Part shown: in pieces, positions 12,839 to 25,224 of the stretch
Layout of the letters: the number at the start of each line of letters is the position of its first letter
Position numbering within the stretch: the stretch's first letter is position 1
Assembly (NCBI GenBank): GCA_951406725.2
Contig: OX597822.1
Span: 5,518,001-5,582,000, forward strand
DNA: 64,000 bases
From: Octopus vulgaris
Lineage: Eukaryota
Direction of reading: 5' to 3'
Notes under the pieces: model-generated
The model's database searches: none
What the model saw: only the letters and a program-made list of their open reading frames with translations
Told to the model about the DNA's origin: nothing
Program-made: the position numbers and the translations under genes

Positions 12839-13188
12839 ATCGATCTACTTATATTCTTTGCTCAATGTTTTAAGCACTGAGCAATCCCTCTCTTTACACT
12901 GTATGGATGGTGGGTAATGAAGTTTAGGTATTGTCCAGTGAAGGTTGGCTTGTGGTATACAGATGTCCTGAATCTATACTTGGTGCGTGTTATTAATATG
13001 TCCGAGAATGCTAGCTGATTGTCTTTTTCCTTTTCCATTGTGAACTGTATGGATGGATTTATTGAGTTCATATGATCTAACAGCACTTGGACATCTTCCT
13101 GGTGGGGCCAGAGTATAAAGGTGTCATCAACAACAACAACATCGAAAAATACCTTAGGAATGAGAACCCAAGTTTGAAATTTCCTCAT

Positions 13189-13234
13189 GACACTTGATAA
13201 AGGCTGGAGGGTATATCAGCCGAAATGTTGTGTT
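13189..13234 (+). ncRNA. Decayed hammerhead motif in inverted pLTR
   Basis: GACAC-TTGATAA-A-GGCTG..CAGCC-GAAA-TGTT-GTGTT; the CUGANGA core is mutated. Confidence 0.55.
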
Positions 13235-15419
13235 AACAACAAAGAAGATGAGGACAAATATCCGCCTGATGTAAATAATGTAGATTATATGAATACATGT
13301 AATATACAAATAGCAATTCAACTGACAATCGTGGGCCATTATCATTTTTCAAGCTGTTATCAATTTTAGGACAGGTCATCAATGTCCAAGCCATTTCTTA
13401 CTAGACACTGCTACACTCATAGACTGGTGCTTGTATATGTCATTTTGCTTGGTTCCTGTAGCAGGGGGCCCTTCCTACTGCCAGCCACATAACAGAGTAC
13501 TAGGTGAATTTTCTCATGATGCCAACACTAGATAGGTTGAATACTTCCTGGTAAAATGGGACTAAAAAGATCTCACAAATAGGAAAAAACTGCCGTCATT
13601 ATTATTTTTATTCATAATAATGATAGCAACTGCAGCATTATTATGACTGGATGGATAGGTGAATGGTTAAGTGGAATGAGTGAGCATGCATGGGTGGAAA
13701 TATGAAGACATTGCAGCCACTTGATAAAGATGATCTAGAAAAATGTGCAAACTGCCACAAACTAATCCATCAACACTAGCATGAAAAATGAAATAACAAA
13801 AATAAAGATAATTACATTAATAGTACTACATACCATTAAGTTATGTTCTATATTTCTCCTAATGCCTGACATTATGTCAAAAACTTCATCATAAACGAAT
13901 AATTAACAATATACATCACAGTTAACATGAAATCAATGTATATGTTTCTCTGTGTACATGCATCAATGTATGGGTATATATGTAAGTGAATTCAGATACA
14001 TCAATGCTTATATATGCATATGTCTTGTCTATAAATTTAATGGTAGTTAAACGTCTGCCATTAGAAATCCATAGTTCTTTAAAAAGGAACCCCAAGTTCC
14101 ATAGCTAAAAGACATGAGATGCTAATGGAGAGGAAAAAAAAGATATCAATGGCATAATTTGGAACAGCAATTTGTTTCTTTTATTTTATGCGTTGTTTAA
14201 CATTAGATTTCCCTTTCTAAAAAGAAATTTGATGGCTCTGAAAAAGTCAAACATCTTCATAAAATGCTGCCACAAATGTTCTGCAGGCAGGATAATGTAC
14301 TTCTTAACATCCAATCAGGAAATAGCAGAAATATCTATTTTTATGATAGGAAGACTAAGCTAAATAGCTAAGTTAATATGGTTTGCCTAAAAGCCCAATA
14401 CAATGACTGCATCAGAGTTTCATAAAACAATCTATGATCATATTTGAAGTGCTACTTTTATATATATCTAGACATGGAAGTTGTAGCAGTCACAGTTGAT
14501 AAAAAAGGGCCGGAAATTTATATCTTATAAGCTGATATGAGTGCTGGTATGGTTGTATGGCTGTGTGTTTAAGAAGTTTGCTTCAGAAACATATGATTCC
14601 AAGTTTGATTCTTGTGCGGTACCATGGCTAACGAATTGTTGCAATAGCTTTGGATTGACTGATGCTTTTTCAATGGAATTTGATAGATAGACACTGTATG
14701 AAAGTCAATCATCTATGTATGTGTATGTGCACAGACACTCACTTATCATTCACCCATCATTGGAAATCTGTAACCAATGATGGTATTCTTTGCAGAATGC
14801 AATATGAAATGTGTGTGTGTGTGTACATGCATTCATGTGAGTATTAATTGTAGCTAGTGTCAAAATTCAACATAGTTTATTTTTCTGGAAATGACATAGT
14901 TCATTTCAATAGATAGAAAAATAGTAAAACTGATAGAGGGCGATGTTGACAAATTCCACTTCTTTTAAGTATGGTAGGAAGTTAAGTATAGAATATCTAG
15001 TCAACTATGGAAGTGAGGAAGAAGAAACTTTTGGTAAAGGTCAATCAGATCTTGCATTGTATATCAGAGATATCTATTGCTGTTTTTTCATCAAAATTAA
15101 GGATACGAAAGCAAAGTCAACTCCAGCATAAATACAATGACAGAGGATTAAGTCAAGTAGAATTTTTTACATTGACTAAACCTAACTATAAAGCAGGGTC
15201 CTATTTGCCACTATTTGTAACAAAGCACTCAATCTAATAACAGTAATGATAATAATGAGCACTTGATTAGGTTGGAACACAAAGTATACAAGTGGAGAAA
15301 AATGCATTTGAGATGTGCAGGTTCTCCTCAGACAGTGTAATCCAAACAAAGCAATGCCTTTGATTCCCAAAGAATTCACCACAATACCATTAATTCACAA
15401 TGATGATGATTCTATCGTA

Positions 15420-15585
15420 GCTTCAAGGCCAGAAAATTGTGGGTGGCAGGTGAAGCGGGTTAGGTGAGCAAACTGATTCCAGAAAGATGAAAGGCAAAGT
15501 TAACTCTTGTGGGATTTGAACTAGGAACATAAAGTGCTGGAGCAAATGTAGAAATGCAATTTTTTTCCCCTTGGCACACTGCTAA
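15420..15585 (-). mobile_element. SINE family B, highly degenerate
   Basis: GATGAAAGGCAAAGTTAAC...GGATTTGAACT. Confidence 0.6.
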
Positions 15586-16689
15586 TTTGTAGCAGCAGTA
15601 AACAGCAACAACAACATCAGCAGCTGCAGTAACAATAAAAAGAAACTGATCTATGGAAAGTGTATTTATTCTACAAACACCAACTAATTTAGTTATTTCA
15701 TATTTGAAATTACTAAGCCAAATAGTATGTGTATATGTCGTATTCCTGTACAGTATAACACTGCCAGTAAATAACCAGACTAATGATGGTGACAATAATG
15801 ATGGCAATGCTGGTGGTGATGATGATGATGACTACTGATGGTGATGATGATGCATACAGACAAATGTACATCAGTCTTTTTCTATTTTGTAAAATAAGAA
15901 TCTACAAAATTTTTTTTTTTATTATTATAAATTCACATGTATTGCTAATTTCTATATTAAAACTTGAACATTTTCTTCTTTTTTTTCTCAAGAAATTCAT
16001 TCATTCTTTGAATATGTTAACAGATTATAAACTATAAGAGAAAGAGACAGAGAGTTTGGAAAACAGTTACATTTCTATGTGCCATATCTTCAAAGAACCT
16101 TCAGCTACACAGAATAACCATTCAGTGTGTAACACTGAATTGATGTCTTCCCTTTAATCCTTTGAAAACGGATGCCCATAAGGAATAAGCAGGCATACAG
16201 TGAGAAATTATAGTCTATATGTGACTGTTGAGAGACAGTACAACTATTAATCAAAGGAATATTATATCACTTCTGCTCTTATAAAGTTACTCTACTGAAA
16301 TTTACTATATACAATTGTTTTGATTAATTTCAATGTGCATAGTAATTTATTGCTTATGCATATTTTTAATACATTAACCGACTGTCCCAATCAATAAGCT
16401 ACATCACCAGTTTGTAAATTTGAACTAAACATTCATACAGACGCTCTGTGGAGAGAGTTTTTGCTTTATGGTGTTGCAAATTTTGAAATTCTATCAGATA
16501 GTATATAATTTTCTTTTACAGTTACAGCATTGATACTTCTGCCCTTCAACTGAGACTACTTCCTTTCACCCTTTCCTTTCTTTAAAACCCTTTCATTTGT
16601 TTTTGGTTTTTTTGTTGTTTTTTTTTCGCTTTTTCCCTTTCTGATAATTTTTTTTATCTATCTATTTTAGACATTATATAGCATAATAC

Positions 16690-17340
16690 ATGCACACATA
16701 CACACCATGAATAATGCTAAAGTAACAAAGGACTACTTTAGCAAAATTCATAAGGTACAGAAGGCAGAGCTGTTGGCATTCAACCAGATCATATTCCATA
16801 ATACTTTTCTCAGTTCCAGTGCTAGCACCAACATTGAGGATACTACGCTGAATGCTCGAGGAGATCCACAACTTGGACATGTAGACTGGATAGATACTAA
16901 CCAATGCTGGTAATTTTCATGGCAACGGTGACACTGACAGGATCTAAGTTAAATGAAGAGAAACACTCATCATATCAGCAATTATTAGATACCAAGAACA
17001 TTGACAAGAAGAGTAAGCTCTACCAGACTTGTAATAGCTATTTCACATCCCACCTAGAAGTAAAATGCCTCCATTATTCAGAAAGAGATTATTATAAAAT
17101 ATCTGATCAAAAAGAGAGATAAAGATGCTGCTAAACCTTCACATTGTAACAAAAAAATGTTGATTGTGCCATACAAGTGTGAAAGAAATATCACCCACAT
17201 CATCAGCAGCTGTCCAAAAATGCTCATAATGTAAAACTATCACATAAAAAAGGATGCTATTACTGGAAATATTCATAATGCTCTCCATAAGAGGGTTTAT
17301 TGTGACAGCCATTCAAAAGGCATACAGCAGAATCAGAATG
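16690..17340 (+). mobile_element. Degenerate R4/Dong-like (RLE-type) non-LTR retrotransposon, post-RT region with CCHC knuckle
   Basis: Broken-frame motifs LLAFNQIIFHNTF, EEIHNLD..ILTNAGNFH, YFTSHLE, KC*LCH..ITHIISSCPKM. Confidence 0.65.
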
Positions 17341-17350
17341 TGCATATATG

Positions 17351-17394
<44 letters not shown>

Positions 17395-17398
<4 letters not shown>

Positions 17399-17503
17399 CC
17401 TGCTCGCTTAGCCAGCAGGGTGGCATCATTCGAAGGCTAAAACAATGCGAACGCATTGTGACCAGCGATGTGTAACAACATCTGATGGTGTGGTCGGTCC
17501 CGT

Positions 17504-17507
<4 letters not shown>
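17395..17507 (+). repeat. Short GC-richer interspersed repeat fragment embedded in (TA)n
   Basis: GGCCTGCTCGCTTAGCCAGC...GGTCGGTCCCGTGA flanked on both sides by pure (TA)n; resembles an octopus SINE tail (from memory). Confidence 0.5.
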
Positions 17508-17544
<37 letters not shown>

Positions 17545-17546
<2 letters not shown>

Positions 17547-17676
17547 GCTTCTTTCAGTTTCCATTAGCCAAATCTACTCACAAGGCTTTGGTTGGCCTGA
17601 AGCTATTGTACAAGACATTTGCCCAAGGTGCCATGCAGTAGGACTGATCTCGGAATCATGAGGTTGAGAGGCAAGC
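17545..17676 (-). mobile_element. SINE family A, 5' part
   Basis: GGGCTTCTTTCAGTTTCC...CACAAGGCTTTGG...TGCCCAAGGTGCC. Confidence 0.8.
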
Positions 17677-17689
17677 TGTATATTTATAA

Positions 17690-19650
17690 AATGTAATACA
17701 GATCATGCATTAACAAAATAGTGGAAACATAAAACAGACAGTAGAAAAGCAATTTGGAGATATAAAAAATTAGAACCTCAAACTCTACTTCATCTGAAAT
17801 GCCAACTGCTGAATAGACTGTTTGCCAGAGATCCAAAACAAGTTTTTTGTAGCTTCAATAAAAACAACTTTGAAAAAGGCATTCCTGCAGGATAACATGT
17901 TGAAAGCTATTGGTATCTGTATAGTGGGAAAATAGTAAATTGGTAAATTTAACATGCTAGCAGTATGGATGGAAGAACTAGAATAGGGTTACTGCAAATA
18001 AATTAAGGAAAAGCGATATGAAATTAATGACACAGAACTAGAAAATGACAAATAGAAAACCCTCAGGCCCAGATTTTATAACAGGATATAACAACTTATT
18101 GGTTCATGAATTCAACTTTTTATTGCTGAGATTCAATAAGGTAGAATGGAAGAGAAGTGATGTATTAGATGTGCTTAAATGTCTGTCAACAGCCATTATT
18201 CTTCTCATTCCCTACCCTGCAAAAAAAATAAATAGATAAACAGCCAAACCATCCAAGCTATAAATTACTGTCCAAAAGCCTGACAAAACATTGCACACAA
18301 GGTCAGGTGCCTCAATTTGGTTTTATTAGATCGTTGTTTTACCAACAATATTATAACATCAGGTCAAAGTTTTGGAGAAGAAAAAAGTATAAAGTAGCTA
18401 GTTACCAATAAAATGATACAGATAAAAATATAGTGAAAAAACTGCAGGTGCTAAAAGCCTTTGATAAGTATACCACATGGATGGATTATGAAAGTATTAC
18501 AATTAACAGAAGTCCTACAACCACTGGTAGCTGCTATTCAAAACCTAACCAAGACATGGTACAATATTTCTCTGAGGTGATAACAAAAAAATCTGACACC
18601 ATACATTATCAAGAATAAAGGCGCCTCACAGAGTGATAGCTTATCATTACTGCACTCTGTCTTCTTTTGTTATCATAACTACACACAAAACACAAGATTA
18701 TGGAAATAGATACCATGAATTTATAAATATCACTTGTTCTATCTTCAGAGACAGCCAGAAGCTGAATGGGTCAAGTTTTAACCAAATCAAAATGCAACTG
18801 GATCTCATTAGCAATATTCCACAAATTTGGGAATGCAGTTGAGTAAACCCAAACATGAATTTTTGGGAGTAAGACTACTCAAACTAAACATGAATGGCTT
18901 GGAAAATACATTTAGGCAAGAACTATGAGAATTTTGGACAAGATGAGAATGACAGAAAAAAAAAAAAAGAAGAAAATATGGTTATCAGAATTCTGAGCCT
19001 ACAACAAGCATACTGTTTGTGGAGGAGTGAAGGGGGATATCATTACCAGAAACAAGAGAAGAAGAGAGACATCAAGACTGGAAGCACCAGAAGAAGTGAT
19101 ATGTTGGAAAGTAGAGAATTTGATCTACCTCTTTCTTTGCTGGGCATCTAGAGTGATCAGTATTGTGGAACGAATTCAAAGAAAGATTAGATTCTTTCAA
19201 GAGGTTTGGTAGCATAAGAATTCAGGTTTGTGCAACAGAATTTTTTTTTTTTGATACTGGTGGAGAGTAGATTTTCTCTCTGTTTGAAGTCTGTTGTCCC
19301 ATCTACACTGTTTAAAATACCTTTGCAGTGCCTCCCCCTACATCTACATTTAGTCTTGGGAAATCGTCAGTACAAGAACTTAGCAAAATGGATAAAAGAA
19401 CTCAGAAACTGCCCAGTGTTATTAGAAATTTTGACATTAAAGGGAATGTGGAGAGATTACATTTTTTATGCAGGAAGTGTGGACTTGATCTTAAATCTAT
19501 ATTAATATTCTATGAGGCTTAGACTGTAAAACTGAAGTAACATCTCCAGCATAGGAAAAGCTCAGAAACTATTTTGTTCTATTTTGAAATCAGGAAAATT
19601 AAAACACCAGGAAGATGACTTATGAACTTTAGGTGAGACATTAAATAGAA
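17690..19650 (+). mobile_element. Degenerate R4/Dong-like non-LTR retrotransposon, RT region
   Basis: Broken-frame RT motifs NRKPSGPDFITGY, LKAFD/SIPHGWIMKVL, QSDSLSLL, IFRDSQKL; many stops and frameshifts. Confidence 0.62.
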
Positions 19651-21964
19651 GCCGACAAATATTACTATCTCTCTCTCTCTAAGGAATACTGGAAAATCCT
19701 ACCTAACACTACAACATCATTCTCTAGCCATACAAAATCATGTACACTATAGAATTGTTCACTTGCAGGAGCAGTATGCTTAAGAACAAAGATCACTGGC
19801 CAGTATTATGAAATAATGAGGACTGGCAGCTACTGAAATGACATTAATCACATCTCAAAGTCAAACCAAGTCATGTTTCTAGGCCTATAATTAGATTTAC
19901 AAGACCAAGAGAAATATTAGTGATTGGATATTATAACTTCATTTTAAATAAACCAAATATGGTGGATTCAGTGAAAAGGAAGAAAAGGACAACAAAAAGG
20001 AAAAATATCTACACAGCAATTTTTCATTACCTCTTTCTTTCCCTACCATCCTCTACTTCCGATCATACTATTTATAACATCATACATCTTGCAACTTACA
20101 GCCACTCATCATGATCACTTCATTCTGTATTTATGTTCTCAGATACATTACCTTCAATGAACAAATGTATCATACTGTAGTGAGGACTATTCTGTTTTAC
20201 AAGATAGAAAGTAACTTTACTGGTGCAAGTGTTATGATAAAATGCACCCAGTACACTCTGTAGAGTAATTCATGAGCAAGCAGAGACAAACAATGTAGGG
20301 TCAAGAGGAAGCTTTGGTCTTGTTGAAGATATAGCAACCTTTCTCTTGTATTGCTATAAAATGCTCCTAGTACACTCTATAATGTGGTTGGCAATAGAAA
20401 AAAACATTCAGATATAGAGGCCAAGCTAAAACTGAAACATTTGAGCATGATGTGAACCTCCAGCATGTTTAGGAATACAATAAATCTGAATTAGAACTGA
20501 CTTGGCAAATAACTCATCCAGTCAATACCAGCATGGAAAGCAGATGTTAAATTATGGTGATAATGATAATTCATCAAGCTCTATACATTTACATATTGAG
20601 TATTTTAATGTCTGTACATGTAAAATCATAAAAGTACACACAGCTAGTATAATCACAATCAAGTCAGAAACTTCATATTTTCTATAAAATATAACAGAAA
20701 GAAAAAAAAAGCTTTAATGTTGTGTTATATTACAGCAGAATAAGTCAAATATATTTGCAACTCTTACACAAACTATCAATCATCTTGAGAAAATTATCTG
20801 GAAAAAAAAAATGGCAATTTCTGTTAGGAAGATGAGTTAAGTATCTACTAGAGTAATTTAAGTTTGAAGTTAGATGTGCTATTTGATTAGCAATGCAAAA
20901 TGAAGAAAAAGTATGATGGTAAATTACATACAAAAAACTAAAGTTAAACCAATTCCATGCTTTCAATATAGAAAATGAAATCAATGTTTCAAAACAATAA
21001 TCTAACTAATGATTTAATGAAAAAAATACACAGACATATGCAATATTATTTTCCTTCTAAGAAATCTACTTATAGTCTACAGAACTGAAATATAATTGAA
21101 AGAAATTTCATCCCAAACACAATTTTACACATCGAAATTTTATCTTCTAAAACAATCATTTTAAGAAGAAAAATATCTTAGGTGTTTGAGAGTTGCCATT
21201 CTCCCGTCCCTCTTTTACCATAGTTTTACAACTATGTTACCATGTTAGCAGAAGTCTAATGATACTGTAAAGTAGGATATTTGTTTAAATGATTTGTTGA
21301 CACAAATATAGTTACAAACAGAGAAGTAACATTGGAAAGTCTCTATTTACAATTAGTAAGATTTAAATTAAAATCTTGTACCAGAGAATCACTAAATGAC
21401 AGTGCTGAAGGCCAGTTTTTGTGAGCAACATAAAATTTCATAAAAATCTGACTATGTGCTCCTCACTGGGAAGTGAGATAAAAAAAAAACGTAGAATTCA
21501 TTTTACTGCTCAAAAAGAAAAAAAAAAAGCAAGTGTTTATAGCTAATTTGAAGGTATAATCCATCAGCTGCATAGGATTAAGACTATTGACGTCAAAATT
21601 ATGCTGATTCTGGACCCTGTTACTAACAAGAAGCTATTCTATGCCTAATAGTCCTTTTCTGTTAATCATTTTCTATGTCATCTTGCATTATTTTCACTAA
21701 ATTTGCATAAAAGACCTGATGATTAAGGCAGCAAACAAATGATTTAACCATTCTATCTTATATACTTCAGTAATCTAACTACACACATGCTGTTTACGAA
21801 CTTTTTCCCTTCTTGCTCAAAATGTCAAACTTTCTCTTTTCACCAAGCGTTAAACTAATACATTCCTAGTGCACATTCTCTTGCTGTCCATTAATGTTAT
21901 TCATTTATTTGAAGTGTTTGTTTATTTGAAGTGACTATATATACATATATGTACATATATATAT

Positions 21965-22092
21965 TTAGAAGAAATAAGGTATTCAGAATTCTGGATGGTT
22001 TTATATTTACTGATATTTATTAATATGTCACATGTTTTTATAAATCATATATTAGCGCTTGCATCCACTCTAGTGGAGTCTTCAGATTGCAT
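21965..22092 (-). mobile_element. Short PLE pLTR-like remnant in (TA)n with decayed hammerhead
   Basis: Minus strand CTGAAGA-CTCCAC-TAGA-GTGGAT-GCAA-GCGC-TA; terminus AATAAGG..TCAGAATTCTGGAT resembles 37385-37415. Confidence 0.5.
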
Positions 22093-22094
22093 GT

Positions 22095-22126
<32 letters not shown>

Positions 22127-22336
22127 GTATGTATATGTATGCATACATATAAATCATCATCATTTAACGTCCACCTTCCATGCTACCATTGGTGGGATAT
22201 GTATATATACATATATATATGTAAGTATGTGTATATGTATGTATGCATATATATATATATATGTATATGTATGAATGCATATACATATATATGTATATGT
22301 ATGTATGCATATATATATATTTGTGTGTATGCATGC

Positions 22337-22392
<56 letters not shown>

Positions 22393-22405
22393 TTATGTAT
22401 GCATA

Positions 22406-22444
<39 letters not shown>

Positions 22445-22455
22445 ATATTTATATA
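22090..22455. repeat. Compound (TA)n/(TATG)n/(TG)n microsatellite
   Basis: Directly visible. Confidence 0.9.
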
Positions 22456-22461
22456 TGAAAT

Positions 22462-23000
22462 AAAGCGTGTCTTGAACGGCACAACAATGCAGAATGGACT
22501 ATAATAACTGTTATAATTTAATTATCCATTGTCTGATATAATAATAAAATTTCGGAATATAAAAATTCCTTCTTCAGATATCGCTAGGAATTGATTGAGA
22601 CACTGCTATAATTGGTTTTCCATTAGTTACTGAATTTTTTTTTCCTGGAAGTGTCTCTGCAGTGGTTTCATGAAGCTCCTTCTGGAATTCCTCATGAGAA
22701 GTGTGTGAGGGCAGCCATGTCTCAAGCTCGTGTGTGTTGGTACATCCGCAGTGTTGCTTCTAAGTTATGTATTATACAAGCATTTTTCTTCTTTTTATAA
22801 TACATGAGGATGTTATCAAAAATGAACCTACAAACTTCCAGATGTAGCTAAATAATATATTGATTGCCAACCTCCAGCCCTAGTCTGTCTATGAGGATAG
22901 CTTCCTTAGTTCTTAGATTACCCAAATTTCTTTCATTGGCCTCAATTGTGGCTGTTATGCTTTTGTCGGTGTTCCAGCATCTGTCTAAATGTTTTCTAAT
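22462..23000 (-). mobile_element. Penelope-like element 3' end: GIY-YIG C-terminus plus pLTR with hammerhead, inserted in (TA)n
   Basis: IRKHLDRC..ATIEANERNLGNLRTKEAILIDRL (PLE endonuclease C-terminus); downstream hammerhead at 22535-22582. Confidence 0.72.
22535..22582 (-). ncRNA. Minimal type-I hammerhead ribozyme motif
   Basis: Minus strand: GATAT-CTGAAGA-A-GGAAT-TTTTAT-ATTCC-GAAA-TTTTATTA-TT-ATATC; perfect 5-bp stems I and II. Confidence 0.7.
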
Positions 23001-23099
23001 ATAAATATATATGTTTGTGTGTGTGTATATATATATATATATGGAAGTATACATATATATATATAGAGAGAGGGGGGCAGAGAGAGAGAGATGTATATA

Positions 23100-23580
23100 G
23101 ATTCAGTGCAAATGGTTTTTCTATATGGCGCCATGTTTTACAATCCTGTAAATAATAATAATAGTATTTATATGATCTTAAAGCTTATGACAATCACCAT
23201 GCAATGACTAAGGAAAATAGTCTCATAAAGGGGCATATAAGCCCTTGACAGAAAAGAGAAGGCTTTCCTATTCATGTAGGATGCAGACACATATCCCTTT
23301 GTTAACACAACTAAGTGTACTGCCTTTACACCAGCAAATTAGTCTCATTACTTCTGTCAAATTTAAAAACTATGTAAGTTTATATTTCTTTTATGTAAAC
23401 AAACTTTCTATGTGCTTTCGCTGTGAATGGCTTTGCTATACGCTGCTGTGTTTTACAACCCCGTAAATAATAACACGCATAGGAAAGCCTTCATTTTTTA
23501 TCGAGGGCTTATTAGACTATTTTTTTTAGTCATTGCACAGTGATCATGAGAACCTTTAAGGTTATATAAATACCATTATT
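23100..23580. mobile_element. Foldback/MITE-like element with ~115-bp imperfect terminal inverted repeats
   Basis: 23157-23271 (ATAGTATTTATATGA..GCAATGACTAA..GAAGGCTTTCCTAT) pairs with 23479-23580; ~55-bp direct repeat 23100-23158 vs 23415-23473. Confidence 0.7.
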
Positions 23581-24503
23581 GTAGGGTGTGGCACTTTTTC
23601 ACACAGCCATCCTCATCCATTTTCGCCACATGACCATTCCAGTGAAGTAGTCTCTCTTGCACACCACATCTAATGCTTCTTAGGTCCAACTTTTCTCTCA
23701 AGGTACTTACACTCTGTCGAGTATGCACACTGACATTACACATCCATTGGATCATACTGGCTTCATTCCTTGCGAGCTTACGCATGTCCTCAGCAGTCAA
23801 GGCCCATGTTTCACTGCCATGTAGCATGGCTGTTTGTACACAAGCGTCATACAGTCTACCTTTTACTCTGAGTGAGAGGCCCTTTGTCACCAGCAGAGGT
23901 AAGAGCTCTCTGAACTTTGCCCAAGCTATTCTTATTCTAGCAGCTACACTTTCAGCGCACCCTCCTCCGCAACTGACTTGGTCACCTAGGTAATGGAAAC
24001 TATCAACTACTTCTAGTTTTTCTCCCTGGAATGTGGCGGAAGTTGGTCTCTGCGCATTTTCAGTGTTTATTGCTCCCAAGCATCTGCCACATACAAAAAC
24101 TATCATCCCAGTTAGCCTTCCTTTGATATTGCTGCACCTCTTATGTGTCCATAGCTTACACTGGGTACATCTTATAGAGTTTCTACCTATGCCTCTACTA
24201 CAGATCGAGCAGGGCCATTTACCTGAAGGGATTTATGATTTGCCTGCCTTCCTACTTATTAGGACTTTGGTTTTAGCTAGGTTGATTCTAAGGCCCTTCG
24301 ATTCTAATCCTTGTTTCCAAACTTGAAACTTCTCCTCTAGTTCTGATAGTGACTCAGCAATTAGAGCAAGGTCATCAGTATAGAGGAGCTCCCAGGGACA
24401 TCCTGTCTTGAATTCCTCCGTTATTGCCTGGAGGACTATGATAAATAGGAAGGGGCTGAGGACTGAACCTTGGTGGACCCCTACCTCTACCCTGAATTCT
24501 TCA
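23580..24503 (-). mobile_element. RTE-clade LINE fragment (RT motifs 4-7, PHD finger, thumb), one in-frame stop
   Basis: GVHQGSVLSPFLF..WELLYTDDL..GLRINLAKTK..VDSFHYLG..ARIRIAWAKFREL..MLHGSETW..LHWNGHV. Confidence 0.93.
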
Positions 24504-24526
24504 TGTACATATATATATATATTTAA

Positions 24527-24571
<45 letters not shown>

Positions 24572-24575
24572 AATA

Positions 24576-24602
<27 letters not shown>

Positions 24603-24606
<4 letters not shown>

Positions 24607-24771
24607 TCTACCTGTTTTATGTTCAAACTGAACAGATCTGGTCTCTTACAATATCATTCTAAAAATCAACAGTTACTTCATCAAAATCTCAAAGTTATAA
24701 GATGATGTAGGATTAATTCAAAACAATGTGTATAAATAAGCATTACATTTGACAGGATAATATGAATGCTA
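24603..24771. mobile_element. MITE family M1, partial copy
   Basis: Collinear with 11170-11350. Confidence 0.65.
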
Positions 24772-25224
24772 GCCTATGCTCAATTACTCTAGAGATAATG
24801 TCTCTGACTGTAATGCTGTCAGTTAAATGGCTTGTCCATGGTCTCTCCCATTCAAACTGCTGATCATTCCAGTGACAATCTTGGCACCTTTTTGAAATTA
24901 GGTAGCCTTTACTTTCAGAAAATAAAGTATATATTTACTACTCAAAATGTCTCACATGAGAATTGACTACAATTGGCGAAATAACCAGACAGTTTATTTT
25001 TGAGTTTACTTGTAGTGGTTGAAGTATCTTTATGAAAAAAAGATTCACATCAAGATGAAAGATTATATATCAGCACAGAAGCATACATTCAATTATTAAT
25101 GGGCTAGAAGTCATAATACATCATATCAGATACTTGAATGAAACCATAATATGGATTTACTGGATTAGTTGTACATACACACAAAGAAATGATAATGAAA
25201 ATTTATTTAAGTAAACAAGAATAT

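Larger units (their letters stand above)
12431..13290 (-). mobile_element. Penelope-like element: inverted partial pseudo-LTR, RT fragment, then tRNA-headed hammerhead pseudo-LTR
   Basis: ORF 12862-13188 encodes VDDTFILW..NSINPSIQFTMEKEKDNQLAFSD..SVYHKPTFTGQYLNF..HHPYSVKRG (PLE RT motifs 5-7/thumb); 13140-13290 is an inverted copy of 12460-12590, a PLE hallmark. Confidence 0.9.
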
